Origin: Eutreptiella sp. 'Long Island Sound 2002' | Taxonomy: Eukaryota > Protista > Euglenida | Assembly (NCBI GenBank): GCA_964036045.1 | Contig: OZ038378.1 | Coordinates: forward strand, 53,568,001-53,632,000 | DNA: 64,000 nucleotides | Direction of reading: 5' to 3' | Shown: positions 26,328 to 38,936 of the stretch, in pieces | How the letters are laid out: each line of letters opens with the position of its first letter | How positions within the stretch are numbered: the stretch's first letter is position 1 | Position numbers and translations under genes: made by a program | The notes under the pieces: model-generated | What the model saw: the letters and a program-made list of their open reading frames with translations, nothing else | What the model was told of the DNA's origin: nothing | The model's database searches: none

Positions 26328-26502
26328 CTGAGCAACAGGGGAAAAAATGCACATCAGACCATCGTCCCACAAGATTGTGAATGAAGTTCGCTGACAAGAG
26401 CGAACAAATATGTGCAATGCCATGCACTGAGAGTGACCAAACGTGACCGTGGGCCAGGTAACCCTCGAATATGCAGATCCACAAGCGGCGGTGCATGCAC
26501 AC

Positions 26503-26638
26503 CAGGGCGGGGGAGCAAATACTCTGGATGTGAAACCTCGATGTGCTGCACCAGCGCTGTGGGTGACCTGAAATGCTTGATGCAGCGTGGGCACTGATGT
26601 GCATTCGGGTCCAAGGGTGCCGGATAATCATGTGCCAC
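26503..26638 (-). CDS. Multi-C2H2 zinc-finger protein, internal exon (upstream exons not resolved)
   Basis: Acceptor CTTTTCAG|GTG, then HQCPRCIKHFRSPTALVQHIEVSH. The phase-1 donor G|GTGTGC matches the next acceptor. Confidence 0.7.
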
Positions 26639-27671
26639 CTGAAAAGCAGACGGTCCACTGGTTCATAGTGCACGGTGAACTCCTGCAATGGCCATTCCAA
26701 AAGGGTGTCAATGAGCCAATCTGTTCATAACACCCCTGAAATTTGCGGGGTACTGTCGCTTTTGCGATGGGCAACTTCAACAATGGTGCACCTTGGTAGA
26801 GGGCACACTATGCGCGCATTGAGGGCACAAAGGGCGCACAAAGCGGGCAGTGGGTGCATAAAAAGCGATAATGGGTGCATAGAGGGCGGGCATGGGGTGT
26901 ACTTAAATCGTACAGTGGGAATAGGAAGCGCAGCGAGTGTAGAGGGGTGCATAGTGTGGGATATAGAGGGCACACAGTGGATGCATAGTGTGCGCATAGA
27001 GCGCACACAGCAGGTGCAAAGAGGACACACAAAGGGTGCATAGTGAGTGCAGGGAGAACACACAGCAGCATAGAGAGCACATAGCTCACACATAATACGG
27101 GATGCTGAAAAACAAGCATGTTTCCGTTTTCTTCCGCAGTTTCCAGTGATCTAATATTTGTGAATCCGAAAAATACTTTCCCACACCTTCAGTGTTTCAA
27201 ATCCTTTCGCTGCCTGATGAGCGCCCCGCTGAAGAACTGCCAAAAAATCCTGATCTTATTAGCCTTTGGCTTTGGCAATAACATATTTGAAAACAGCACA
27301 GCACAAACACGGCCAACTAGCATTGTGTAAAAACGAGAGCATTTTTGGCAAAACCTGACGCCGTCAGATTTTGGAGTATATCCTTCCCTGTCTGTCATTT
27401 TGGTTGTTTGCGCTTATCGCTCTTCTGCGTTGTGCTCTGGACCAGCTGTCACTACTACTTGACAACTCGGGCTGGCTTCAGCAAACCATCTACCAGCATC
27501 GGTTAAATGCCAACTTACCGAACGCCAACTATAGCAGTTGGGCAACAACTTTGGTTATCGAGCAATTCTGATCCAATTCCTCAACAGAACAAAACAGAAA
27601 GATGAATATGCCTCGCACTTCGCACAACCACTTTCAAGAGGAACATTGAAGCTACAATACCTATTTTAAAC

Positions 27672-27770
27672 ACATGCACGCATGCACGCACGCACGCACG
27701 CACCCACGCACCCAGGCACGCACGCACGCACGCACGCACCCCCATCCCCACACACACACTTGTGCAGGAA
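27672..27770. repeat. (GCAC)n/(CA)n microsatellite
   Basis: Directly visible. Confidence 0.9.
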
Positions 27771-28409
27771 CCAAACAATAAGACCACTGTTGCTTAGCAT
27801 GAGCACTGCTGATCGGATGGCACCCAGAACACCTCGTCAGGCCAGTGAGCAATCAAAACAAGACAAAAGCGTAGAGTATTAACTGTGTCATGAGGTCATA
27901 AGGCTAGGCACCTTTCTGCAGCGGTGTAACAAACGGGAGTACAGAGTACAGCATATCATCATTTGGTGAGTCACAAGCACATGAACTGCACCCTGTTCGT
28001 TACACCTCAGCCTGGGAGGGGAGGGAATGAATCTGGACTACACAGTAGCCTTTACATGCCCGGAACAACCACTGTCACATGCCCGGAACAACCAACTGCG
28101 CGCATATGTGGGTGGAAGGTGAGACAAGACTGGAGCCCAGGAGCCCAGCATAACCGCTGGGTCACACACACACAATGGCGGCTGTGATTTTTGATGGAGG
28201 TGGTGACTGTGTTCCAACAGGGCTGTATAGTCCGAGCACCACGCCCCTCACGTATTTCCCGGGCGCAGGTGAGACGGTAGGGACGAGCTACTATATTCCT
28301 GTCCCCTCCACTGTCCATGTTGCCGCAGCCATCGGAGGAATGTGGTGATGATGTAGGACGGCAGCATAGGAAGGAGGGGTCCAATGTGGTTTAAAATTTT
28401 TTAAAAATT

Positions 28410-29087
28410 TTATTGTTTCATTGCAATCTTGTGGCCTTGTGGACATTCCCAGACCACAGCTGAGTGGGTGGCTCGGAGGACTGTCCGACCCTTGTATCCA
28501 GACAGTAAAGACACTTGCATCGAGGCTGCCACTGTTAGAAGCTCCCCTGCCCATGCGTCACACCACCACCGGCAATTACTGAGCACGCCTGTCAACAAAC
28601 ATGGAAGGTAGGAGGGATACGAGAGGTCGGGAGTGATGAGAAGCGGGCCTAGTTTTATGGACCAGGCTAAGTCGAGGGCGCTGGGGTGCGTGTATGCTGA
28701 ACCCTTCCCAGTGGAGCCGCGGACTAAGCAATACCCAACGGCGTGGACGGATGTGCAGTGACAGGTCAACATGCTGGAGTCGGAGGTCGGGGTAACACAA
28801 TCACACAGGACCTTAAGACCCCGGCACTTTTGCAGGAGGTCGCGCACTGTTTCAATGAGGCGGGTGTGGGGGGAGTTGGGATAAGTGGAGGCGATTAACG
28901 CATTATCCTGGAACTGGCGAAGAGACCCACGGGGTTTTCTCAACACACAAACCCTTTCTTGGATACACTGAGGTTGCCCAGCCGGCGGAATTGATTTTGG
29001 TTCACGTAGACTGACCAGAGAGTGCGAAGATCTGCCGACTGCGCTGAAAATAAAACCCCGATTGGCATGCACCCCTATCTGGTCCAC
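28410..29087 (-). mobile_element. Non-LTR retrotransposon fragment (post-RT thumb region)
   Basis: Similar by eye to 54241-54810: GFIFSAV vs DYVFSAI, LREPKSIPPA vs LCIPVHTPNK, and NSPHTRLIETVRDLL vs NSRSTYTRETTRTLM. Confidence 0.4.
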
Positions 29088-29229
29088 ACTTGTCCTGCAC
29101 TGATGATGTATGTGTTGTTGGATATTTCCCTATCCACTGTGTCAACAAAGGCTTCTTGTGTGATGAACCGAAAATGTATTGCCTTCGGCCAATCCACCTT
29201 GGAGAGAATGCAGAGAATCTAACCCGAGC

Positions 29230-31740
29230 AACACACACGCCAAAAAAGGGTAAAAACCACATAAATACGGCCCAAAACATGCTTTGCATACCTTGGATGG
29301 TCATTTCGTGTGGTCACAATATCAAAAAATAAGTTTCGGATCCCCGGGTGAAAAACTGCATAACTAGGTTGTGTACCAATCCCTTGGGAGACCCCCCCAC
29401 CCCCGCTGCACCCAATACCCCAAAAAGGTGAAAAACACATAAATACGGCCTGAAACATGCTTTACATGCCTTGGATGGTCATTTTGTGCAGTCATGGTAT
29501 CAAAAGAATAAAATCGAGTTTTAAATACATCGAGTTTTAAGCTACCCAAGGTAAAAAAACTGCATGAGCAGACCGGCCCTCGGCAAGGCTAGACACCGCA
29601 AAAAACGTCCTTTCATATTCCAACAAGCATATACTGTCACAACATCCCTGCTTGCACCCCTTAGAGTGGCTACCATAGGGTCACTAAGGTCGCCAGAAAC
29701 CACGACATGGCAAAAACACCTAATAAGTGCATGAACGGCATTATTGCTCGTCCCAATCCGCCCCATACAAACCCCACGGAGTCGGGACCGGAAAAAACTT
29801 TTCCGGCTCAAAATCGAAAAAAAACCAAAAGATTGATGAATTTCGACCCAAAAAAAAAGGGGGGGTCATTTTTGTGACATTTTTGGCTCCCCCCTGGCCC
29901 CTTCAAAAAATTGGGTTTCAAGCGGGAGGGGGGTCGGGGGGGGGGGGGGGTTCAGACCAAAAACTTGTTGGGGGATTTTTTTTGGGACAAAATAATGATT
30001 TTACAAGAGGTCAAACCACCAATTCAACCCCTTGGGGTAAGGTCCGCGAATAGGCCGAGACAAGCCCAAAATGGGGGGGGGGGAGTATGTGGCGTTTTCC
30101 CATATATACGGGCATGCCTGGCTTTGATCTAACAACCTGTGCCAGGTGATTTTGTGGAAATTTGCTATTTTTGACCTGTTAAGGGTGGAAAATTGTGGAG
30201 GGTGGAAAGCAATTTGTGCGCACACCAAATGCCATTGAACCACCAATAAACAGCAATTTGAAGCTTTTGGAGGGCCCACGGCTCGGGCTAGATGGGCCTA
30301 GTGGCCACTACGTGGGTCCCAATGGATGCTCAAGTATTTGGATTGTCACCAAATGATCTCCCACACCAATCCTAGGGGCAAAAGAAGGGATGCCCCTGTT
30401 GCCTTCAGGGTGCCCCTATTCCCTTTGGCAAGTCCACCTCGCAGAGAATCCAGCCCGAGCAACGCACACCCAAAATAGGGCAGACACCACATAAATACGG
30501 GCTAAAACATGCTTACATAGCTTGGATCGTCATTTTAGGTGATCGGAACATCATAAAAATGACTTTTAGAAACTTCGTTTTTTTTAGCTGCCCAGGTTGG
30601 AGGACTGCATGAGTAAGTTGTGTAGTTGAAGTCTGTATTTATGTGGTTTCTACCCTATTTTGGGTGTGTGTTGCTCGGGGTAGATTCTCTGCCAGGTGGA
30701 CTTGCCGAAGACAAGTAAATTTTGGTTTTGTCCACGACCCTTCTGTTCCCCCAAGGATACGTTGGGGTGATCATTTGGTGCCAATCCAGATGTTTGAGCA
30801 CCAATGGGGACCCACATAGTGGCCACTAGGCCCATCTAGCCAGAGATGTGGGCCCCCCAAAAGCTTCAAAATGCTGAAGCTTCAAAATGGCTGTTTGTAG
30901 GTGGTTCATTGGCAATTGGTGTGTGCTTTCCACCCTCCACAATTTTCCACCATCTACAGCTCAAAAATGGAATTTTTTCAAAAAATTGGCTTGCAGACGT
31001 TGTTAAATCAAAGCCAGGAACGCCGAAAATGGCAAAAATTTCAACAAAATCCGGAATTTCTCAAACATGTTGTTTGGGCCTATTCACATACCCTACCCCA
31101 AGGGGTTGAATTGTTGGTTTAAGCCCTCGTAAAATCGTTATTTTAGCAAAAAAACGCATCCCCTAATGAGTTCTTGGTCTGAAACCGCCTACACACACCC
31201 CCCCACACTCACACACTTGAAACCCACTTTTTTGAGGGTGGGGTAGGGGGGGGAGGGTCAAAATGTCTCAAAAATGACCGCCCGCGGCGTATTTTTTGGG
31301 TCGAAAATCATGAATCTATTGGTTTTCTGCAATTTTGAGCCGAAAAGATGTGTGTGGGTCTACGCTCCGTGGTGTTTATATGGAGCGGATTGGGGCGAGC
31401 GCTAATGGAGTTTATGTAGTTGGTAGTCTTTTTTGTTAGGTATTAATGACCCTATGGTTCCCATTCTAAGGGGTGCAAGCAAGGATGTTGGTACAATATA
31501 TGCCTACTAGGATACGTACGGACGTGTGTCACAGTGTGTAGTATTGGCGAGGGCCGGTCAAATCCTGTGCCGAAGTCGCAAATTGACTGCTTTCACCAAT
31601 ACTGACTTACATGAGTGAATAGCCTGGGACACAACCTGCTGGTGCATTTTTGCACTTTGCGCAGCTTGAAAATCCATGTTTCCGAACCTTATCCTTTTGA
31701 GGCATGTAAAGCATTTTTTTCGTCCGTATTTATGTGATCA
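29230..31740. repeat. Head-to-head pair of RepA copies forming a ~1.8-kb imperfect foldback (arms ~29700-30500 and ~30635-31450)
   Basis: CCACATAAATA (30487-30497) matches TATTTATGTGG (30636-30646). 30010-30060 matches 31075-31120, and 29700-29900 matches 31250-31450, as reverse complements. Confidence 0.8.
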
Positions 31741-32486
31741 CACAAGACAAAGCACCAAATCAGTTCAATAATACACCCAGGGGGGGGGGGGGATTCTCCG
31801 AAATCGGATATCATGCTCAAAAACCCCCCCAGAGCCAAATTTAAAAAAGGGGGGTTTGGGGGGGGGGGGGGTTTAAGGCGGGTTTTTGCTGCGCGGGGCT
31901 ATTGTCCGCGGGAAGGGCACCCCGGCCCCCCAAACCCCCCCCCCCAAATGAAATACATAGTGTCGGACACCTCGGAACAGTTGGGTATGCGGCCCAGGTG
32001 TGATCCAACAATTCGCACCGCCCCTACCAACGTCTATGGCAAGGTCTCATCGGCTTGGGTGTTTCCGGCCGTGGGTACCAGAAACCTCGGGACTGTGGGT
32101 CTCCGAGGCGGTCATGGGGTTCGAAATACACCATAGGGTTAGAATTGCAGCATGGGGGTTGAAACACATCAAAGTTGGTCATGGGATTCGGAATGCATCA
32201 TGGGGTTAGAAATACACCATGGGGTGAGAAATGCGTCAAGGGGAGGGCATAAAAGAAGGGGTGTGTGCGTGACTATACTGGTCGGCCGACGCAACTCGGG
32301 AGGCCCTTAAGGCTGTGGCGGGCCAGGCCTCCCTCCCCGCGCCATTGTGTGGGCCTTCCAGTCCTAGTGTGCATGCTGCTACAAGGGAAAGAGAGGGAGA
32401 GCGAGGAGGTGTAGGGGGTGGAGGAGGTGTGTGCATGTAGCTCCGCCTACTTCTTCCGCCCTGGCGTCTTCACCGTGCAACGCTTC

Positions 32487-34553
32487 TTAGCACTTTGCTT
32501 GGGAGTGGTGATGGGCCGCTTTGTGCCCTTGCCGCACAGCTTTCTTTTGGGAGAGAACTTCCACCCCGGAAGAAGAGGTAGAAGAGGAAGAAGATGAGGA
32601 AGAGGAGGAGCTATTACCGTCTTCGGAAGTTGCGGAACTCTCGTTACCGCTGGACGAATCATGATCTGCGGAAGACCCAGATTCCACAGAGCTTGCATCC
32701 TCCTCCGGTTTCCACTCCCAATCGGAGCGGCCAAGAGAGGCTTCAGAGAAGGATGCACTCTCGTTGTCGACCGCCTTTGCCACTTTCAAGGTGATCTTGG
32801 GCTTCATCACCATAGGGATTTTTTGGCTCGCCCCTTTTGTTTCTCATCGTCCTGGCTGACTACAACCCATTCCATCAAATCAACGGCGTCTGGTGCCACG
32901 ATTGGATGGCACCGTGCCAAGTGAGTTTTGATGTTCAAAACTCACGGGGTGCCACTGCACCCGGGAATAGGACATTCACGGGGCATGTTTTCTTGTTTGC
33001 GCATGGCCACTGCGAGCTTCAATGGGACCACACACGGGCATGTGCTCCTGATTTTCTTGCACACAATACTTGTGGTACACAGACCTGTTGTGCGCCCACG
33101 GAAACCACAAGGTTCGGCCTCACCACGCATCCTTGGGTCCGTTACCACCTCTCCGTTCTGCAAGTGCACTGCCACATGATTGCGCATCCTTGCCAAAGCA
33201 ATGGCCGCTCCACAAAACAAACAAAATTCTGTTGCTTCAGCGGGCCGCACGCTAGTATGTGCCACATTAGTGCATGGCTCTGCACGCACCTTTGCGGTTT
33301 TCACAAAAGCAGACAGGGTGCCCACCGGAATGACCATCGGCCAACGACCATCGGCATCCATTTGGGCATCCAAAAAAACCACATGCCCATTCCGAAACTC
33401 ACATTCGCGACCAAAACGTCCCGTCCACCGCAACAAAGTTGGATCACTGGTCGTTGCGACAAAAGGCAAAAATTGACGTGTCACGGGGATGGCATGTCCT
33501 GTCGCAAGCGCCTCCTTCGTGGTACCATAAACCCGTGCACCGTCAACGGTGCACCATGAAAAACTAAACGTGCCCACGGACACGTCCGTTGCGAGCCCCA
33601 TATGAAGGTCACAAGTGCAAGAAAGATAGCACCCACCGTGACCGCGTCCTCATCAAAATTGCAATTGTTAGGCAATGCAACATTGTTTGTAGTTGTGGGG
33701 GTTTGACCAAACGGGGCGGTTGGTGCCGTGCGCCGCAGCCGATCGGTTGACGCATGTTCAACATTGCCGTTGACAAGTTGTGTAATATGCACGGTGTGCC
33801 CGTTGGCGCATGGGACATAGGCTCGATTCCGGTCACAACTATGACAATGCAGCCACGATTCCAAGGAACAAGCATCGGTAGGATCGCTACCCTCCATTCC
33901 TTTGATGTCCGATCGCGGTCCCCAGAAATTCGTCTTCTTTGTCCAACACAAGGGGTGCACCAGATGGTCTCAAAAGGGTTGCCAAGCCTTGGAAAAGAGA
34001 TGCCTAGACATTGTGCGCAGAGGAGCCAATCTGTGGGTGTTGCTCAAGGATGGCTGTGGCACGCGCTGTACCCCTTTCCCAAACCTTTTTGAGATCAACA
34101 CTTTCCACACTACAATGTGCAGTGCACTGAAGTGGAGTCAATGGATCAGTGGCGTAGCGCTGATGGGGCTTGCGCCAATCAAGATGTGCCAAAAAAATGT
34201 CTTGAATGTCCAAAACAACCTGCAAGCAGTCCTGCAACTGCAGTACATCAAAATTGCGGTTGTGGTTCAAGGTGCGGGTGATGGAAAACAAGTTCTCGGC
34301 CGGTTGAAACCCCAATTGGCAGATGTACAAGGATGCCGTTGGGTCGCGGACCTGCATCACCTTTACACTGATGAAGAGGGTCTAAAAAGTGACTTGCCAC
34401 CGCAAATACAAGCTTGCGGGTATGAATCCTTTTGGTATTTATTGAAGGAGTCCAACATCAATTGATGGCCCGTGGACAAGTCTTCCATAGCACAATACAA
34501 ACTAAGCTTTGGGTTAAAATACCCCGACAACAATAGATCAAACAGTTGCCCGG
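32487..34553 (-). pseudogene. P-element/THAP9-like transposase C-terminal half plus Cys/His-rich domain and Ser/acidic tail, disrupted
   Basis: LYICQLGFQPAENLFSITRTLNHNRNFDVLQL resembles the QDxxExxFSxxR catalytic-Glu motif. It is followed by CLFCG..RMRNHVAVHL..EPCGF..CP..ECPIPGCSGTP*VLNIKTHLARCHP. Several stops and frameshifts are present. Confidence 0.5.
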
Positions 34554-34554
34554 T

Positions 34555-35035
34555 AACCCCTGCCTGAGGGATCCCCACCGCTTCACAGTGGGGGGCACAA
34601 TCACAGGTGGCCCACAAGTGGGCAAGGTGGCTACAGAACCCCTGCCGCCTGGGGGATCCCCACCGCTTCACAGCGGGGGGCAGAATTAGAGGTGGCCCAC
34701 AAGTGGGCAAGGTGGCTACATAACCCCTGCCGCCTGGGGGATCCCCACAGCTTCACAGCGGGGGGCACAATTAGAGGTGGCCCACAAGTGGGCAAGGTGG
34801 CTACATAACCCCTGCCGCATGCAGGATCCCCACCGCTTCAGAGCGGGGGGCAGATTCACAAGTAGCCCACAAGTGGGCAAGGTGGCTACATAACCCCTGC
34901 CGCCTGGGGGATCCCCACCGCTTCAGGGCGGGGGGCAGAATCAGAGGTGGCCAACAAGTGGGCAAGGTGGCTACATAACCCCTGCCGCCTGGGGGATCCC
35001 CACCACTTCAGAGCGGGGGGCAGAATCAGAAGTGG
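34555..35035. repeat. 85-bp tandem repeat, ~5.7 copies
   Basis: ATCCCCAC recurs at 34571, 34656, 34741, 34826, 34911 and 34996. Confidence 0.95.
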
Positions 35036-36558
35036 CAACAGTCAGAAGTGGAGAAACTTATTTTTGGGGGGCCACACAACAAAGCGTGGATTTCAGAGTG
35101 GGGGAACAACATCAAAAGTGGCTGAATTGTGTCACTGTATTGGACGAAACTTTGGATGTGCAGTCCAAAAGAATACCACCAAAGAAAATTTTCGCAGAAA
35201 AAGTGTGTGTGCGTTCGAAAAACACCCTCAAAACCCCCCCACAGACAATTTTTAAAAGGGGGGGGGGTTCAAAACCACTCATGCTATCGGATTTCTCAGA
35301 AAACCCCCCCCCCTGAGTACTCCTCTGGTTGATCATCAACCCAGAGTGCTGCTAGCGCCCTCGGCGCTGTCAATGGTATCAATTGCATAAGAATATATGC
35401 TCCAAGGGCCACACAGCTTAGTGGACACTCTCCAATGACCCCGCCTGGCCTTCGGGACACCACACCAAACCCAAACTCAAAATGGCATACACACATGTGA
35501 CACCACATGCAAGTCGCCCCAATCCGCTCAGAACATCAGACAAATAAAACCCGAACCGCGCTGCCAATTCCAGCGGCTTTCGCCACTGACACACCCGCCT
35601 GAATACCACAGTACAAAAGGCGGGGGTGGGGGCGGGTGGTGGTGGGAACACAAAACATTTTCAACAAATCTGTACACAACAGTAGATGTGATCCCCTGTT
35701 CGAGAAAGACAAGTGGGCAAGTACAACAGGAGATCACACAAGACAAAGCACCAAATCAGTTCAACAATACAGCTCTGGTACTCCTCATCCTCTAATGTCA
35801 TACCACACAAACAAAGCGTGACATCACGACACCAGCCAAAGCACTCCTCACGCCAGAAAGGAGTGCCGGGTGCTTAGCTGCTAAAAAGCCACGGCGCCTG
35901 GCCCCCACATGCCAGAGCAACACACCAAATGCTCACACGAGCACACATGGAATGAAACATACATGCCACACCGTGCACGAGCAACTGAGTGCTTTGCACC
36001 CAAACATACAACAACTGCGCACCCCCAATCCGGCGGTTGGAGTACCGCGATAGATATATGGCGTGACTGCCCACGCGCACGCGCCACCGATGCCTGCAAA
36101 GGTGGTTACCGGCATCCTTGACATCGGGGCTCCCTGACGCTGTGGACATCTGCTCGGCGTGGGACTAGAGGCGCTGCCCCAAGTCTTTCGCTGCCAACAC
36201 CAACAGCTTGGGCGCTTCGTCGCGCGGACACGCCCGGTCAAATACCAACCGCTCCTGCGTCCCCAACCATATGCGGCGCACTGGTCTCCATGCCAATCGC
36301 CTAGCGCACACTGCGCACATGTGTAGACACGCACACTCCCGCCTACGCTCCAGGGCCTGCGCCGAACAGTGGTGGTGCTGGCGGCCCTTGTGGTGCCGGC
36401 AGCCCTTGCGGTGCCGGCGGCTCTGGCCAGGACGTGGCATATTAATGCACGCTATGCACAAAAACAAGCACCCAAGAGAACAAGCACTACAGGACCCAAC
36501 CACCCACTTACTGCACTTGTTGTGGATGACAAAGTAGCACCCTTCACAATCGATAAGC

Positions 36559-36970
36559 CTAGCTACATGCACGCTGCATACTAGACTGATGATTCAAATC
36601 CAGCCTACTTGGCCGATCTGCCGGTTGCAATACCCCGGGCACCAGGCGCACCTCCACAATCAAGGAATGTTGCATCAGACGCAACACCAATGCACTCAAA
36701 AGGCGCTGTTGCCTATTCAACCACGTGGAAGCTCGCAGAAACAAAAACTAGCACGCCGCCACCTGTGAATCCGTCACTAAAACGACATAACACCATCCCA
36801 GTTGTACATCCAACCGTACCAGCCAAACCAAAACTCAAAGCTCGGCGCTCTGCTCTGTATGTATTTCCGGGGGAACAACCTGTGAACGAATACCCGACAA
36901 CTTCGGTATAAATGCCCCCCCCCCCCCCCGGTACCGGATAATATCCAGCCTTGCATCACCAAACAGCACA
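36559..36970 (-). pseudogene. DIRS-type RNase H domain, frameshifted
   Basis: VLFGDA, EQSAEL and VPGVLQPADRPSR motifs. Confidence 0.75.
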
Positions 36971-37276
36971 CAATGACGCACCGCCCACAAATCGGTCACC
37001 GCCGACAAACAATGGTAAATCGCAATACGCGCCAACGCGGGCGGCTCCCATGGCTCCATACACCGGACAATAGCAGTACATAGCCCATGGGGTACTTTGC
37101 AAGGCGTGGGGCGCTCAAACCCCCCCCCACACACCGGTCGAACAGTAGCTTCGTGCAAGAAGGGGGCCCCCTCCCAACCGGTGTTCGAAGTGCCAATGGA
37201 TGACCCCTAAAAGCTTTCATAGCAAACGTGATGAAGGCCGGGACCGGGTGGCCAAACGCAACCAGGTGTTAAACGT

Positions 37277-38166
37277 CTATAGGCAGACCCCTGGGTGGGA
37301 ACTGATTGTGCGCACACCTAAATTCACGCATTTACCTAAGAAAAAAATCTCGGGTAACGGCTTCAGGGTGCTTTTAGCTGAAAAGAGGAACTCTGCCACC
37401 TCCAATGCGCGCCCCACTCGCACTGTGATAGCGCGCAACCGCACCGGGTCTCGACCCAGGATGAGAAAGTCATCAAGGTAGTGAAAAAGTAGGTAACCGT
37501 CCGGTATCAGGGGCCGCACAATACGGCTCAGGGGTGTCTAGTAAAAAAGCGGGGAGTGTCTCCGACCGAATGGCACCCGGGACATACAAAAATTCTATCC
37601 TCACCCTCCCACCGCAAACGGAAACGAAAAGCTCTCGCATGTTGTCCTGGCAATGTAAAACTCTAGAAGGCGTTTTTCAGATCAACATGCGTACAGAACA
37701 AGGGTCAGTCCGCTGGCCACTCCGCCAGCTTTTCCAAAATCTGCTCCCACCCATCCATAGAGAACGACGCCGGCCTTTGCAAACCCTCATTCAAGTCCAC
37801 CAAGTTAAAAATCACCGAAACTTTCTCGGTGGTTTTAGTTATGATGAAAGGCCAGCACGTGGCCCTCAGTGGGCTGCCTCTATCCATAATGTTCATCAGC
37901 CCCGCATCCAGGAGCCAACAAACCATGGGTAAAACCATGTCCTCCCGAGTCGGGGAGTAAACATTGCGAGGCAAAGAAAACCTCGCAACAGAGGCCGCAA
38001 AATCAACGGGGGCTAGCTCGTGCCACAACTCGTCAAATATCTCATAATTACCTACCGCACCAAGCCCGCGCCCAACCAACTGTGGATCCACCTTGCCAAG
38101 CTGAGGTACGGGAGATGTGGATAAGTGCGACAGCGCATCCCAGGATTCCGAAGTAAAATCCTTCAC
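37277..38166 (-). pseudogene. DIRS/VIPER-type reverse transcriptase with in-frame stops
   Basis: WPFIITKTTEKVSVIFNLVDLNEGL, HVDLKNAF*SF and HYLDDFLILG (YLDD at 37469-37480), then FLG. Confidence 0.85.
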
Positions 38167-38936
38167 GACATCAAAAATGATATCCGGCGCCGAAAATCCT
38201 CACAAGTGACGAACATTTGCGGGACAAACATATGCAAGCGCCGCATAAGCAACAACACACTACAAGAAAACACCCGGTGAAGGCACAGCAGGAAGGAGAA
38301 GAACATACTCAAAAAACCAACAAACTGCGGTAATGGCTCAAAGCTAACATACAGCGGGTCACACCGACGCGGCGGTCGCAGACCTTGATCCGACGGGGCA
38401 AGCACCTGCAAGAACCCCCGCGCCGATCCCAACACGGGTCAAAGGCACATGGGATTCCGCGAATCACTCCCTCCGGGGGCGAACTTCCAAGAGACCCCGC
38501 TACCACCCTCACTGGACCCCGCCCCTGGGCCTTCGCCCTGCCGCTTGCTTTGGGGATGCGAAGTCGCTTGGCGGGCGGGCCCGCCTGAAAGCCCATCAGG
38601 ATGCCGTCGCTTGGGGGCAGATCAACGGGTCCTCGCAGAACCCAAGCCCACCGCCGCGCTCGCCGCATGATGGCGTCGGACAAGTTGGGAACAGCCCAGA
38701 CCAACGACCCTCCTCTTGACTCCCTGTGCGTTGGTGTCAGCTCCACCTCTTGTACCGACCCCCGGGGCCTGGATAGATGTCCTCACACGTCTCGCCCGCT
38801 TTCCTCCGACCCCGGTTGGAGGTTGGGATCCGGTTGTGAACTCTGCACAGACGGACTCAGATGTTGTGGTTGCGGCGGGGGTAGCCGGTGCACTCCTGGC
38901 ATACACCAGGGACTCTCCAAACCCGGACGACGCGGA

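Larger units (their letters stand above)
31778..35315. mobile_element. Putative TIR-bounded DNA transposon relic
   Basis: Left end CAG(G)nATTCTCCGAAATCGGATATCATG matches the right end reverse complement CAG(G)nTTTTCTGAGAAATCCGATAGCATG. A possible TA duplication lies just outside. The segment encloses a transposase-like remnant. Confidence 0.45.

Noticed and set aside
26725-27119. Cys/His-rich ORFs (MCELCALYAAVC...)
   Set aside because: Product of a degenerate GTGCATAG-type low-complexity repeat, with no finger spacing.
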